From an uncultured Gemmatimonadaceae bacterium (GTDB lineage Bacteria; Gemmatimonadota; Gemmatimonadetes; Gemmatimonadales; Gemmatimonadaceae), in contig CAWHHI010000005.1 in assembly GCA_963829055.1 (NCBI GenBank), positions 288,001-352,000 of the forward strand: a stretch of DNA of 64,000 nt. Reading direction: 5' to 3'. The position numbers were made by a program, and so were the translations under genes. A model generated the notes under the pieces. That model had not been told where the DNA came from and ran no database searches. It saw only the letters and a list, made by a program, of their open reading frames with translations. Positions 38,743-49,631 of the stretch are shown piece by piece (within the stretch, counting starts at the first letter, position 1; the number at the start of each line of letters is the position of its first letter).

Positions 38743-41700
38743 CTAAGGACCCGTGTAGACGAACGCCCCCCACGCCCTCGGAGACCGCAACTCCGGACGC
38801 CGCGAGCTGAGCGCGTCCTGCTGCGCCAAGCGAAGCGCCTCGGCGGCGGGCATACCGCCTGCAAAACGGTTGTGAAACGACACCAGCAGCTCGGTTGTCG
38901 CCTCGTCGTCCACGTCCCACAACGTGCTCACCGTGGCCGGCGCGCCCGCGCGCAGGAAGCTGTACGCCAGGCCCGCGATCGCGCCCATACGACTCCGCCG
39001 CGGGTTGAGCGTGCTGCAGGCCGACAACACGACGATCTGCAGATTAGACAGACGCAGTCTTCCAATTTCCGCGGCGCGCAGTATTCCCACCTCGCCCGCG
39101 TGCTGGCTGGCGAGGGCGAGGTACGATAGCTCGGGTTGATCGCCGTTTGCCACCGCGTGACCGGCGAAGTGAAAGACGCCGTACTTCGGAAGGAGCTCCA
39201 GCACTGAATCACGCGACGCCTCGGCGCCCCTCAGGAGCTTCCCTCGACCGTACTGCCGAGCGACCTCCTCGGCCTCGCGGAACGCACCGGGAAGCGGTGG
39301 GAGCCCAGCCGCCGACGCGGCGTCGAGCTTCGGGATTCCCGATCACGAGCGCGCTCGAACGCGAGTTCCGTCGACGCAGCCCTCGACGCTGCGACGAGAA
39401 AGGCGGCGCTCGGCAGCGTACGAACCCGATAATCCTGGAGTACGTAGCGACCAGTCCCGCGATTCCAGAGCGCGGCGAACGGCACGCGAGCCAGCTCTCG
39501 ATCCGGCACGACGACAATCTCTCCACGCCCAGCCAGCTCGCTCGCGAAAGGAGCCACGAGCAGATCGAACAAACGTGCCCGCGCGCTCGCGGTATCGACA
39601 TCGGGGTTACCCATCTCGCGCGTGAACCGCTCAACGAGCTGGGCGACGGAGTCCCGACGCACGGCAACCGTATGGGGCCGCGACCCGCGGGAAGACACGA
39701 TCCACATCGCGAGCGTGTCGGGCAGCAGCGCATACTCCACGAACACCGCGTTGGCAGGCAGCAGCTCGCGGATGCGCGTTAGGCTCGCGGGCGTGCGCCC
39801 ATTACCGAGCGCGAGGCGCGCGTCGGGAGCCCACGCGGCGACGCGCCCACGCTCCAGATATGCAAACGCCGAGTCGGACCTCTTGTTGGCGAGCTCGATC
39901 CGTATTTTCGCGTCGAAGACGCGCTCGACCGTCTCATACAGCGTGGCTCGCGTCTCTGGCAAAGCGAAGGACGCGCTCTGTCGCTCGATGGCATCGATGG
40001 CTTCCTGCAGCCGAGCGCGGGCGCCAACCTCGTCGCCGGCTGACTGTGCTGCCACAGCCTCCTGGTAGAGCGCCTCCGCGAGGAACCCGTCGGTCTTCAG
40101 GCCCCGGTAAACGCTAGCAACGTGTGCCAGCGTCCGCATGGCGGCCTGTGGATCCTCGGCACGTTCGATTGCGCCGCGAACCAGGAGCAGATCCGCAAGC
40201 GTGCGATCATGCCCCGGTCCCGCGACAATGCTGTCCACCGATTGCAGCGCCTCATCGAGCTCCGCGCGGGCGGCGTTCAGGCGTCCGAGCGCGATGAGGT
40301 CCTTCGCCCGGAAGACATGCGCGAACGCGATATCTTTCGGGCGATTGAGCGTTGGCACTACTTCGAGCACCTCGTCCGTGATGGCCAGCGCGGCGTGGCT
40401 CAAGCCGTCGGCGCGTGCGTAGGTGGCAACGGTCATTAGGAGGTTAATGAGGTTGCGATGACCGGCGAAACGGTGAGAGACGCCGGAGCCCGACCAGCGC
40501 TTCGCTCTGTCCAGCGGGGATCTGTCCTGAGAACTGAAGCCCCTCTGCCAGGAGATAGGAGATCGCGCCGAGATTCTCCGGCTCGCCCGCTTTCTCGAAG
40601 AATGGCTCCGCTTCCCGGTAACGATTGTTCGCGACATCGTAGGCGCCGCGAAGGAGCTGTGACACGCCGAGGAACCAGAGGGCTTTGCCGACCAGCGCCG
40701 GCTCGTCTGGACCCGCAGTGCGTCGCACGTCGAGTAGCAGCCGGTCAGCAATGGTGTAGTGGCCACGAAAGATCTCTGTCGACCCGCGGAACAGCGCGGC
40801 CCATTGCGCCAGCGGTGACCCAGCGTCCCGAAGCGTTGGCTCCGCGTGTGCGAGTGCCGCCACCGCGTCGTTTTGCGCCCACGTGAAGCTTCCCGTCATA
40901 CCATCCACGAACTCCACGTGAGCGCGGGCGAGGGCGGCCAAGTGTACGCCGGTCCCGTGAGTGCGTCTCGAGCGCGCGGACCGCGAGAATCACCGTGTGA
41001 TCCGCGTTCATCGCCCCAAGCATCTCAGCGATCGCGCGGACTCGGCGCAACGCTTCCGCCGCAGCCGACGCTGTCGCCGCGCTGGACGGCGTTGCCCCAC
41101 CGGCTAAACAACGTGAACGAGGCGTCGCGAGCGCCCTCCGGCCAGCGCTCGACACGCGTGCGAAGCTCGCGACGCGCCGAACTGTCGTCACGCGCCGCCA
41201 ACGAGTCGATGGCTTCGGGCCTCGCGTCGGTGTCGAGACGTGTGCGAACGAGTCGTAGTCGCGCTTCCCCCTCGGCTCTCCAAGGTGCGCGGCGCTCGGC
41301 GGCCGTGTACCGCGTCCAGGCTCGCTCCGCATCCCTGAGCAGGTAGAGTCGCTCGAGGATCAGCGCGCGATTGAACAGCACTGCGGGGAGTGTACTGTCA
41401 CACGCCATCGCTCGCTCAATGGCGTCGAGCGCCTTGAGCATCGGGAGAAGCTGCTGGTCCCGCTCGGCCACCGCGAGGTAGGCAGCGGCGAGGTCATTGA
41501 GGAAACCGGCATTGTTCGGTGCAAGACGATTCGCGCGCTCCAGGCCTTCGACCGCCTGATCAATGCCTTGTGGATTCCCTTCCAGCGATCGAAGCGCGAG
41601 GAGCCCGTTCGCGTGGAGCGCGCGCGGAGTGGAGTCCGATCGGAGCCAGCGCCGCGCAGCACCGGCGATGCCGGCAATGTGCTCGAGACTCTTGGAACGT

Positions 41701-41930
41701 GCCGCGGGCGCCTGGCCGCACCGCTCGCGGGTAATGCGCGCTGTGCCGTCGCTCGTGTCGCACGGGTGCCAGTTGGCTTCGCCGGCCAGGGTCGCGGCCA
41801 TGAACCGGTCGCGGAGGAGCGCGCGCTCGAGCTGCTGGGCGCCGGATGCATCGTCGCGCGTGGCGCGACATGCGAGGAGTAGAACAAGGCCGGCGCACAC
41901 GCCGGTGCTCACCCCGGCGCGGCCGTTCAT
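38743..41930 (-). CDS. Large TPR + CHAT (caspase-like) protease, ~1060 aa, several frameshifts
   Basis: Pieces 41025..41966, 40444..40941, 39231..40766 and 38743..39204. TPR-like LNDLAAAYL and LFNRALILERL; CHAT motifs VVPDRELARVPFAAL, HFAGHA, LSACST and TLWDVDD. Confidence 0.88.
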
Positions 41931-42403
41931 TGCGGGCTGAGCTGCGTTACCGCGGAATCGAGCCAACTGGCCATGCCAACGAGCTCGTTAGGCGTTGAAG
42001 CTCCCGTTCGCCGCAGCCAGCGAAGACGCTCGACCGTTGCGCCGGCGTCGCCGCGGTCTTCGGAAGGATAGCGCTCGAAGGCGCTGTCTCGCGTGGCGAC
42101 CGGGAACTTCAGGTGTGCCCACCGCGCGCCGATCTGGAACGCGAGCGCCCGGGGGCCTAACGACGTGCCGTTCCCGTGGGCGCCGGGCAATCTCGGCTGC
42201 CGGTCGGGTCCGAAATTCGAGACCGTCCGCCGGGTGCGGGCCGTTGGCGACGGCGGCCGACAGATCGCCCACCACGGTGCGCCGGGCGCAAAGCCCCGGC
42301 AGCGCCAAGATGGCGAGGACCATCCTTGCTTGCATCGGGCAACGTTACGCCTCGCTCGCTCGGCGCGGAAGGGTCGTGCTGCTGCGCAGTCGTTTGACGG
42401 GAC

Positions 42404-42640
42404 ATCTCGAGCAGATCTCGCTCGACCTTATTGCGACGCGATGAGGTCCGACGGTGTGCCCGCCGACGCTGTCTCACTAGTGACCTATCTGTTCACCACC
42501 GTGCTCGATGGTCGCAACGCTGGCCTGGCAGACGGCGTCCAGCGCGCACTCGGCCGGGACCCGACTGACTTCGCATCGTATGCGCGACGCGCCGCCGCCG
42601 CGGGCGCATGGAACGACTCAGCCTTGGCTACAATGCTTGG
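42404..42640 (+). pseudogene. C-terminal remnant of an NmrA/NAD(P)H-binding protein
   Basis: GVPADAVSLVTYLFTTVLDGRNAGLADGVQRALGRDPTDFASYARRAAAAGAW; no Rossmann N-terminus. Confidence 0.7.
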
Positions 42641-42740
42641 TGGGCGTCGTTGTCGATCGGGATCACTGATTGCGCGCGACGATCGAACTACATCACTTTG
42701 AGTACCCGCGTCGTCATATTCGAGACGGCGCACAAAGGAT

Positions 42741-43022
42741 GTGAGAATGCCTCAGCTGCCGCGTCATCCCGAAGACACGCCGCCGGATCGCGCAAGTCGC
42801 ACCGCGAAAGGGCCGCCGCCACATGCCCGTGACGGTTCGGACGTTGATGGTAGCCGGAAAAGCGGTCGCGAACCGCCACGATCTGACGCGGTGCTCGCAG
42901 ACGAAACTGCGATTGACGAGGCGATCGAGATGACGTTTCCGGCAAGCGACCCGCCCGCGTGGACGTCGTCACGCATCGATCGCACGAGTGAAATCACGCC
43001 GGACGCAACGGACCAACCGTGA
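42741..43022 (+). CDS. Small hypothetical protein with FPASDPP motif
   Basis: IDEAIEMTFPASDPPAW, a motif seen in many small bacterial hypothetical proteins. Confidence 0.7.
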   Translation: MRMPQLPRHPEDTPPDRASRTAKGPPPHARDGSDVDGSRKSGREPPRSDAVLADETAIDEAIEMTFPASDPPAWTSSRIDRTSEITPDATDQP

Positions 43023-43063
43023 CACGGCGACTCTGGGAACTCTGAGGACTCTGACGACTCTCC

Positions 43064-43639
43064 TCAGCCGCCTCCTCGCGGTAGCGCCATGTACACGCGA
43101 GTGATGAACCCGTGGAACTCCGTCATGTAGGTCCGGAGGAACTCGGCCGTGGATTCGACGGTGACCTCTCCGTCGTCGGTGATGAGGCCGGGCGTGAACT
43201 GGATGTACGCCTCGATCGCGTTCATCTGCGGCGAGTTGCAGAAGCTGAGGATACTCTTGAGGTGTTGTTGGCCGACCGCCGTCCCGATCATCCCGGGCGA
43301 CGTCCCGATCATCGCCGACGGCTTGCGCGCGAACGAGTTCTGGCCCCACGGGCGGCTGCCCCAGTCGATCGCGTTCTTGAGCGCGCCCGGGATCGAGCGG
43401 TTGTACTCGGGCGTGACGAACAGGACGGCGTCGACCGCGGCGATCGCCTCCTTCAGCGCGCGCGCCGGCGGCGGATAGTCCGCGTCGTAGTCGTACGAGT
43501 ACAGCGGCAGCTCGCCGATCGGGATCTCCCGCATCTCGAGCTCCGGCGGCGCGAGGCGCGTGAGCGCGCGCGCGAGCTTGCGATTGATCGAGGCCCGCGC
43601 GAGACTGCCAACGAAGTAGCCGACCGTGTAGGTGCTCAA
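43064..43639 (-). CDS. NADPH-dependent FMN reductase (chromate reductase-like)
   Basis: VGSLARASINR and VTPEYNRSIPGALKNAIDWGSRPWG; TTG start with GGAGG RBS. Confidence 0.92.
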   Translation of the reverse strand: MSTYTVGYFVGSLARASINRKLARALTRLAPPELEMREIPIGELPLYSYDYDADYPPPARALKEAIAAVDAVLFVTPEYNRSIPGALKNAIDWGSRPWGQNSFARKPSAMIGTSPGMIGTAVGQQHLKSILSFCNSPQMNAIEAYIQFTPGLITDDGEVTVESTAEFLRTYMTEFHGFITRVYMALPRGGG

Positions 43640-43726
43640 CCGTCCTCCCGCGCGTGGCGTGTGACCAGTCCGTTCTGACGCATCGAGCACGCAAGGGCCA
43701 CACCGCTCCTGCGACGAGGCATCGCG

Positions 43727-43972
43727 TCAAGCGGCGTTGGCTCCGCTCCCACAGTCAATGCAGCAATGCATGGAGCGCATCCCGTTCGCGTCCAGGTGCG
43801 GGTACCGCGCGCCCGGTGCGTCGAAGCCGATCGCGCCACTGGTCCGTTCGATCTCTGCCACCTCTTCCGGCGCGACGAACAGGAACGCCGCGTTAGGGTC
43901 GATGAAGCGGCGAATGAGCCACGCCGTCGCCGTTCGATTGACGCGTCTGCGCCTGCGCGTCACCCAGCGCAT
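43727..43972 (-). pseudogene. Truncated chromate-resistance (ChrB C-terminal domain-like) protein
   Basis: MRWVTR...NRTATAWLIRRFIDPNAAFLFV...FDAPGARYPH, after which similarity ends. Confidence 0.65.
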
Positions 43973-44088
43973 CAGGCCACCCCTTTTACGAAAAGCCGAT
44001 ACACGTCGCGACCGACGGGTGACAGTCGGCACCTGACACGCTAATATCACAACTGAATCATCGTCGGTCCTGTCACTCGAGGTCGAGC

Positions 44089-44511
44089 GTGTCCCATCCC
44101 ATGAAAGTGCTGTTCGTCTGCCTGCACGGCGCCGCCAAGAGCGTCATCGCGGCGGAGCATTTCCGCCGCGCGGCGGCGGCCGCCGGTCTCAATGTCGAAG
44201 TGGCCTCAGCCGGGGTCGAGCCTGACGCCGAGATCCCGCCACCCGTCGTCCGTGGGCTCGCCGATGAGGGGTTCGATATCACCGGACTGGTCCCGCCAGC
44301 GCTCGACGACACCAGCCTCGCCAGTGCTGACCTGATCGTGTCGTTCGGCTGCGATCTCGTAGCCCCGCCGACGTCGCGGCCAGTAGTGCAATGGGACGAC
44401 GTCCCGCTTGTCAGCGAGGGCTACGAGGCGGCTCGCGACACCATTGTTCAGCGGGTCGACGCACTTGTGGCCGCGGAGCTGTCGGACCGGGCACGAGCCT
44501 CGGGCGATTGA
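44089..44511 (+). CDS. LMW phosphotyrosine phosphatase/ArsC-fold protein
   Basis: KVLFVCLHGAAKS P-loop variant, SAGVEPD, ADLIVSFGC and WDDVP. Confidence 0.8.
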   Translation: MSHPMKVLFVCLHGAAKSVIAAEHFRRAAAAAGLNVEVASAGVEPDAEIPPPVVRGLADEGFDITGLVPPALDDTSLASADLIVSFGCDLVAPPTSRPVVQWDDVPLVSEGYEAARDTIVQRVDALVAAELSDRARASGD

Positions 44512-44579
44512 ATCGGACCCTGCCCCCGGCCAGATTGACGTATCAGTTGAATCAGCGCCAATGCGGCAAGGAGATCGTG

Positions 44580-45749
44580 ATGGCTTTCGTCCTGAAGGCC
44601 GTGCGCCGGACGGCGCTCGCGTTAGGCGACTGGGTGGCGATGAAAGCCGCGACCAGCGTCGTGATCTCGACTCGCCTCGTCGCGCTGGCTGTATCTACCC
44701 TGCTCGCGTCGTCTGCACTCGGCGCACAGGCGCGAGGTGGCGCTTGCGCTGCGACCGCCACCTCAATGACACCGACAGCCTGGGTGTCACCTAACGCGCG
44801 TGCGAGAACACCGTCGGCCGGATCGACGCCGCTCGCGCTGGTTGCCGATGTCCCGCTCCCCGGTCCGGCGAAACGCTTCGACTACCAGAGCTTCGACTCG
44901 ACGACCGGGCGACTCTACATCTCGCACATGCGGGGCGACCGGCTCGTCGTGTTCGACACGCGCGCGCAGAAGCTCGTCGCGAGCAACGAGGGGTTCCCCG
45001 GCGCGACCGGCGTCTGGGCCGTCCCGGAGCTCCACCGCGTGTACGTGTCGGTGACCGGCCGTCACGAGGTCGCTGTCGTGGACGACCGCACGCTCGCCGT
45101 CGTGGCGCACGTCGGCGACGTGCGCTTCCCTGACGGTATCGCGTACGCGCCGGCCGAGCAGAAGGTCTTCGTCTCCGACGAATCCGGCGAGGCCGACGTC
45201 GTGATCGACGCACGCTCGAACACGAACGCCGGACGCATCGCGTTAGGTGGCGAAGCCGGCAACACGCACTACGACGCCGTCTCCCACTGCATCGTCGTCG
45301 CCGTGCAGACGAAGAACGAGCTCGCCGCGATCGACCCGGCGAGCGAGCGGATCGTCGCTCGGTATCCCATGGCGTGCGATCATCCGCACGGATTCCTCAT
45401 CGACGAGCCGAACCGCCTGGCCTTCGTGACGTGTCAGGGCGACGCGAAGCTGCTCGTCGTCGACCTGCGCACCATGCGGACGACGGCCACGTTGCGGACG
45501 GCCGACGATCCCGACGTGCTCGCGCTCGATCCGGTCCTCGGCCGACTGTACGTCGGATGCGAGGGCGGAGCCGTGTCCGTGTTCGAGGAGCGCTTCAGCG
45601 GGCAGCAGGCATCCCTCGCCCCCCTTGGCGAATACCGCGCACCACACGCGCACAGCGTGTCGGTCGATCCCGCGACTCACCGCGTGTACGTGCCACTCCA
45701 GGATGTGAACGGAAAGCCGACGCTACGCATTCTGGAAGCTCGCCCGTAG
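44580..45749 (+). CDS. YncE family beta-propeller protein, secreted
   Basis: RFDYQSFD, PDGIAY, PHGFLID and AHSVSVDPATHRVYVP repeats; signal-like N-terminus. Confidence 0.82.
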   Translation: MAFVLKAVRRTALALGDWVAMKAATSVVISTRLVALAVSTLLASSALGAQARGGACAATATSMTPTAWVSPNARARTPSAGSTPLALVADVPLPGPAKRFDYQSFDSTTGRLYISHMRGDRLVVFDTRAQKLVASNEGFPGATGVWAVPELHRVYVSVTGRHEVAVVDDRTLAVVAHVGDVRFPDGIAYAPAEQKVFVSDESGEADVVIDARSNTNAGRIALGGEAGNTHYDAVSHCIVVAVQTKNELAAIDPASERIVARYPMACDHPHGFLIDEPNRLAFVTCQGDAKLLVVDLRTMRTTATLRTADDPDVLALDPVLGRLYVGCEGGAVSVFEERFSGQQASLAPLGEYRAPHAHSVSVDPATHRVYVPLQDVNGKPTLRILEARP

Positions 45750-45758
45750 CTTCAGCGC

Positions 45759-47988
45759 ATGAATGTCTTTCACGCGCGGCTGGTCGTCGTCGCGCTCTTC
45801 GTGACGGGTGCGTCCGCCGCACGCGCAAAGCGCCGGCGTCGTCGATCGGCCGGCGATTCGCATTGGCACCTCGAGCCAGGGAATCAGGCTCGATGGCGAG
45901 CTGCGAGAGTCCGCGTGGCAGACCACCGATTCCATCGCGACGCTCACGCAAGTCGAGCCGCGACAGGGGAGCGCGCCGAGCGCGCGCACCGTCATCCGTG
46001 TGATCGATACGGGAGACGCGATCGTGTTCGGGGTTCGCGCCGAGAATCCGTCCGGCGTCGCGTCGGTGGCGTTCGCGCGGCAACGTGACGCGGTGCTCGA
46101 CAGCGAGGACTACGTCAAGATCGTCCTCGACACGTATCTCGATGGACGCTCGGGTTACGTATTCGCCGTGAACCCGAATGGCGCGCGCTACGATGCGCTC
46201 GTGGCGAGTCAGGGCGAGGGCGAGGACAGCAACTGGGACGCGGTGTGGGAAGCCGCGACGTCTCGCTCGTCGAATGGCTGGTCGGCCGAGATCCGCATCC
46301 CGCTCAAGAGTCTGCTCTTCCGGCGGGGACTGGATCAGTGGGGGTTCAACGTCCAGCGCCGCATTCAACGACTCCAGGAAACGGACCGGTGGTCGAGCGC
46401 GGAACATAACTACAAGGTGACGCACGTCGGGCGGGCGGGCCTCCTCACCGGGATCCAGGCGTTCGACCTCGGCGTGGGTCTGAGCGTGCGCCCCTCCGTC
46501 ACCGCGAGCGCGGGGAAGCCGTCGCCTAACGTCGATACGGAGAGCGATGCGGACGCCAGCCTCGACGTGACGCAGCGGCTCGGCTCGAATACGCTCGCGT
46601 CGCTCACGGTCAACACGGACTTCGCCGAGACGGAGGTCGACACACGGCGCACGAACCTGACGCGATTCCCGCTCGTGTTTCCCGAGAAGCGGACGTTCTT
46701 CCTCGAGGGGTCCGACACCTTCGCGTTCGGTCTCGGCACCAACGACGACGTGCGCCCGTTCTTCAGCCGGCGCATCGGCTTGCTGAACAACGAGGAAGTC
46801 CCGCTCAACGTAGGGCTCAAGGTGAACGGGCGTGAGCGGGCGACGAATTTCGGGGCGCTCCTCGTCCGCACCGGCGATGCCGATGGCGGCAGCATCGACA
46901 CGCTGCCGACCGCGAACACGATGGGCGCCGTGCGCGTGAAGCAGAACGTGCTGCATGAATCGTCGGCCGGGTTCATCGCGACAGTCGGCGACCCGTTAGG
47001 CCGCCCCAACGCATGGCTGGTCGGCCCCGACCTCACGTACCAGACGTCTCGCTTTCGTCGCGACAAGAACTTCCTGGTCGGGCTCTGGGGGCTCGCCATG
47101 GATCGGGAGGGGCTCCAGGGGCGCAAGCAGGCGTGGGGCGGGAAGATCGACTACCCGAACGACCTCTGGGACATCGCCTTCACATACAAGTGGCTGGGAG
47201 ACGGCTTCGACCCATCGTTAGGCTTCGTCCCGCGGCGCGGCGTGCAGATCGTGAACTTCAACGCGAACTTCCAGCCGCGTCCCAGGCACCCGATTCTCGG
47301 GCTTCACGTCCGGCAGATGTTCAACGAGTTCGAGAACACGCTCGTGACGGACCTGAGCGGCAAGTGGGAGAGCTACCGGGTCTTCATGGCGCCGGTGAAC
47401 TGGCGGCTCGAGAGCGGCGACCGGTTCGAGTTCAACGTCGTGCCGGTGGGCGAGCGCCTGACGGCGCCGTTCGAGATCGCCGACGGCGTCGTGATCGATC
47501 CCGGCAGCTACCACTGGACGCGCTTCCGTCTCGAGGGCGGGCTGGCATCGAAGCGGAAACTGTCGGCGCAGCTGACGTGGTGGTTCGGCGACTTCTACAC
47601 CGGGCGCCTCGACGAGCTGTCGCTCACCGCGAGCTGGAAGCCGTCACCGCTCTTCATCGTCGAGTTGAACGGCACGCGCAACAACGGGCGGCTGGCCGAG
47701 GGCGACTTCGTTCAGGAAGTCGTGGGCACGCGGTTCCGCGTGAACATCTCGCCCGACCTCCAGGTCAACAGCTACCTGCAGTACGACAACGGCAGCGACG
47801 ACTTCGGGACGAACACGCGACTGCGGTGGACGTTCTCGCCGTTAGGCGAGCTGTTCGTGGTGTACAATCACAACATGGCGCGCGAGCTGGTGGCAGGGGA
47901 CGTTCCCAGCACGACCGCCGACCGCCGCCGCTGGGGGTTTGCGTCGAACGAGCTACTCGTGAAACTCCAGTACGCGTTCCGTTATTGA
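45759..47988 (+). CDS. CBM9-like / DUF5916 outer-membrane protein (frameshift near 45815)
   Basis: IRLDGELRESAW, WSAEIRIPLKSL, NTDFAETEVD, FPEKRTFFLEG and FFSRRIGL. Confidence 0.88.
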
Positions 47989-48207
47989 GCGGGACGGCCC
48001 ACGCACCGCGCCGAGCGGGGAGAGCCGGTACGATGCGTGCCAAGGACCAGGGGCGTCCCTATCCCACCGACATCCAGGCCCCACCCGCCGCCCACATGCT
48101 CCAGACACTTCGCACGAGTTGGCGCGACCCCCGGCGCGCTCACCCAGGGCTGTTGTTAGGCCGCGCCGCAGCCGTCGCGGCCTGACGAGCGCGAGCGACG
48201 ACGAGCC

Positions 48208-49542
48208 GTGAGGGGCGCGCTTTGGTTCGTCGTCGTCGGTACGCTGCTCGTGGGCATGGCGGCCGCGAGCACGGTGGTCCGCCGACTCCCGCTCACCACC
48301 GCGCTCCTCTACCTCGCCGCTGGTGTGGCGCTCGGCCCTGTGGGCGCGGGGTTCGTGCGGCTCGAGCCGGTGCGAGACTCGGCGCTGCTCGAACGGCTGG
48401 CCGAGGTGGCCGTGCTGATCTCCCTGTTCGGCGCCGGGCTCAAGCTCCGCACGGCCCTCAGCGACCGGCGCTGGCAACTCCCGGTCCGACTGGCCACCAT
48501 CTCGATGGTGCTGACGGTCGCGCTCGTGGCGGCTGTCGGCGTCTACGGACTCGGGCTCCCGCTCGGCGCCGCCGTGCTGCTCGGCGCCATCCTCGCGCCC
48601 ACCGACCCTGTTCTCGCCAGTGACGTTCAGGTCGAGCACCCGACCGACCGCGACCGGCTGCGCTTCGCCCTCACGGGCGAGGCCGCACTGAACGACGGCA
48701 CCGCGTTCCCGTTCGTCATGCTCGGCCTCGGCCTGCTCGGCCACCACGAGCTCGGCGCGCTTGGCTGGCGATGGCTGACCATCGACGTGCTCTGGGCCGT
48801 GGCCTCCGGGCTTGGCGTCGGATGGGCGCTCGGATGGCTCGTGAGCCGCGTCGTGCTCTGGCTCCGCCGCGAGCGGAAGGAAGCGGTGGGGCTGGACGAC
48901 CTGCTCGCCCTCGGGCTCATCGCGCTCGCCTACGGCGCCGCGCTGCTCGTGCAGGGCTACGGCTTCCTCGCGGTGTTCGCGGCGGGATTCGCGCTGCGCC
49001 GCGAGGAGCGCCGGACGACCAAGTCGCTGACCGGCGCGGACGTCCCGCCCGACGTGCGCGCCGCGGCGCAGTCCACGAGCGAGGATGAAGTCGCGACCGC
49101 ACCCGAGACGGCGTCGGCGTACATGGCACAGGCCGCGCTCGGGTTCACCGAGCAGCTCGAGCGGCTCGCGGAGGTCGGCGTCGTCCTGCTCCTCGGCGGG
49201 ATGCTGGCGCCTCGCACGCTCGCCGCGGACGCGTGGTGGTTCGTTCCCCTGCTCTTCCTGGTGATCCGCCCGCTTGCTGTGCTCGTCGGGGCGCCGATGC
49301 GCCGCGCGCCGGCGATCCAGCGCCGCCTAACGATGTGGTTCGGCATCCGCGGGATCGGCTCGGTCTACTACCTGATGTACGCGCTGCAGCACGGCGTCGA
49401 ACGCGCACTCGCCGACCGGCTCGTCGGCCTCGTGTTCACGACGATCGCCGCCTCGGTCGTCGTGCACGGCGTCTCTGTGACGCCACTCATGCGGCGCTAC
49501 ACGCGCGCCGCCGAGCGCGAGCGCGCGCCCACATCGTCGTAG
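48208..49542 (+). CDS. Cation:proton antiporter (CPA1, NhaP-like)
   Basis: Multi-TM; LAPTDPVLAS, GEAALNDG and WFGIRGIGSVYY. Confidence 0.92.
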   Translation: MRGALWFVVVGTLLVGMAAASTVVRRLPLTTALLYLAAGVALGPVGAGFVRLEPVRDSALLERLAEVAVLISLFGAGLKLRTALSDRRWQLPVRLATISMVLTVALVAAVGVYGLGLPLGAAVLLGAILAPTDPVLASDVQVEHPTDRDRLRFALTGEAALNDGTAFPFVMLGLGLLGHHELGALGWRWLTIDVLWAVASGLGVGWALGWLVSRVVLWLRRERKEAVGLDDLLALGLIALAYGAALLVQGYGFLAVFAAGFALRREERRTTKSLTGADVPPDVRAAAQSTSEDEVATAPETASAYMAQAALGFTEQLERLAEVGVVLLLGGMLAPRTLAADAWWFVPLLFLVIRPLAVLVGAPMRRAPAIQRRLTMWFGIRGIGSVYYLMYALQHGVERALADRLVGLVFTTIAASVVVHGVSVTPLMRRYTRAAERERAPTSS

Positions 49543-49631
49543 TCCCGATGTGTCGCGTCGTTAGGCGTCGTCGGATGCTCCGCCTCTGATCCCTCCGCCG
49601 ATGAGAACGGACGGCGCTCCCGTCGAGTACT

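Noticed and set aside
41990..42340. Minus-strand SNFGPD...GNGTS text resembling a third S8 fragment
   Set aside because: Too short, wrong spacing, no Asp/His motifs; could be chance.
43029..43063. Imperfect 9-nt tandem repeat (GACTCTGxx) between convergent genes
   Set aside because: Short low-complexity repeat with no evidence of function.
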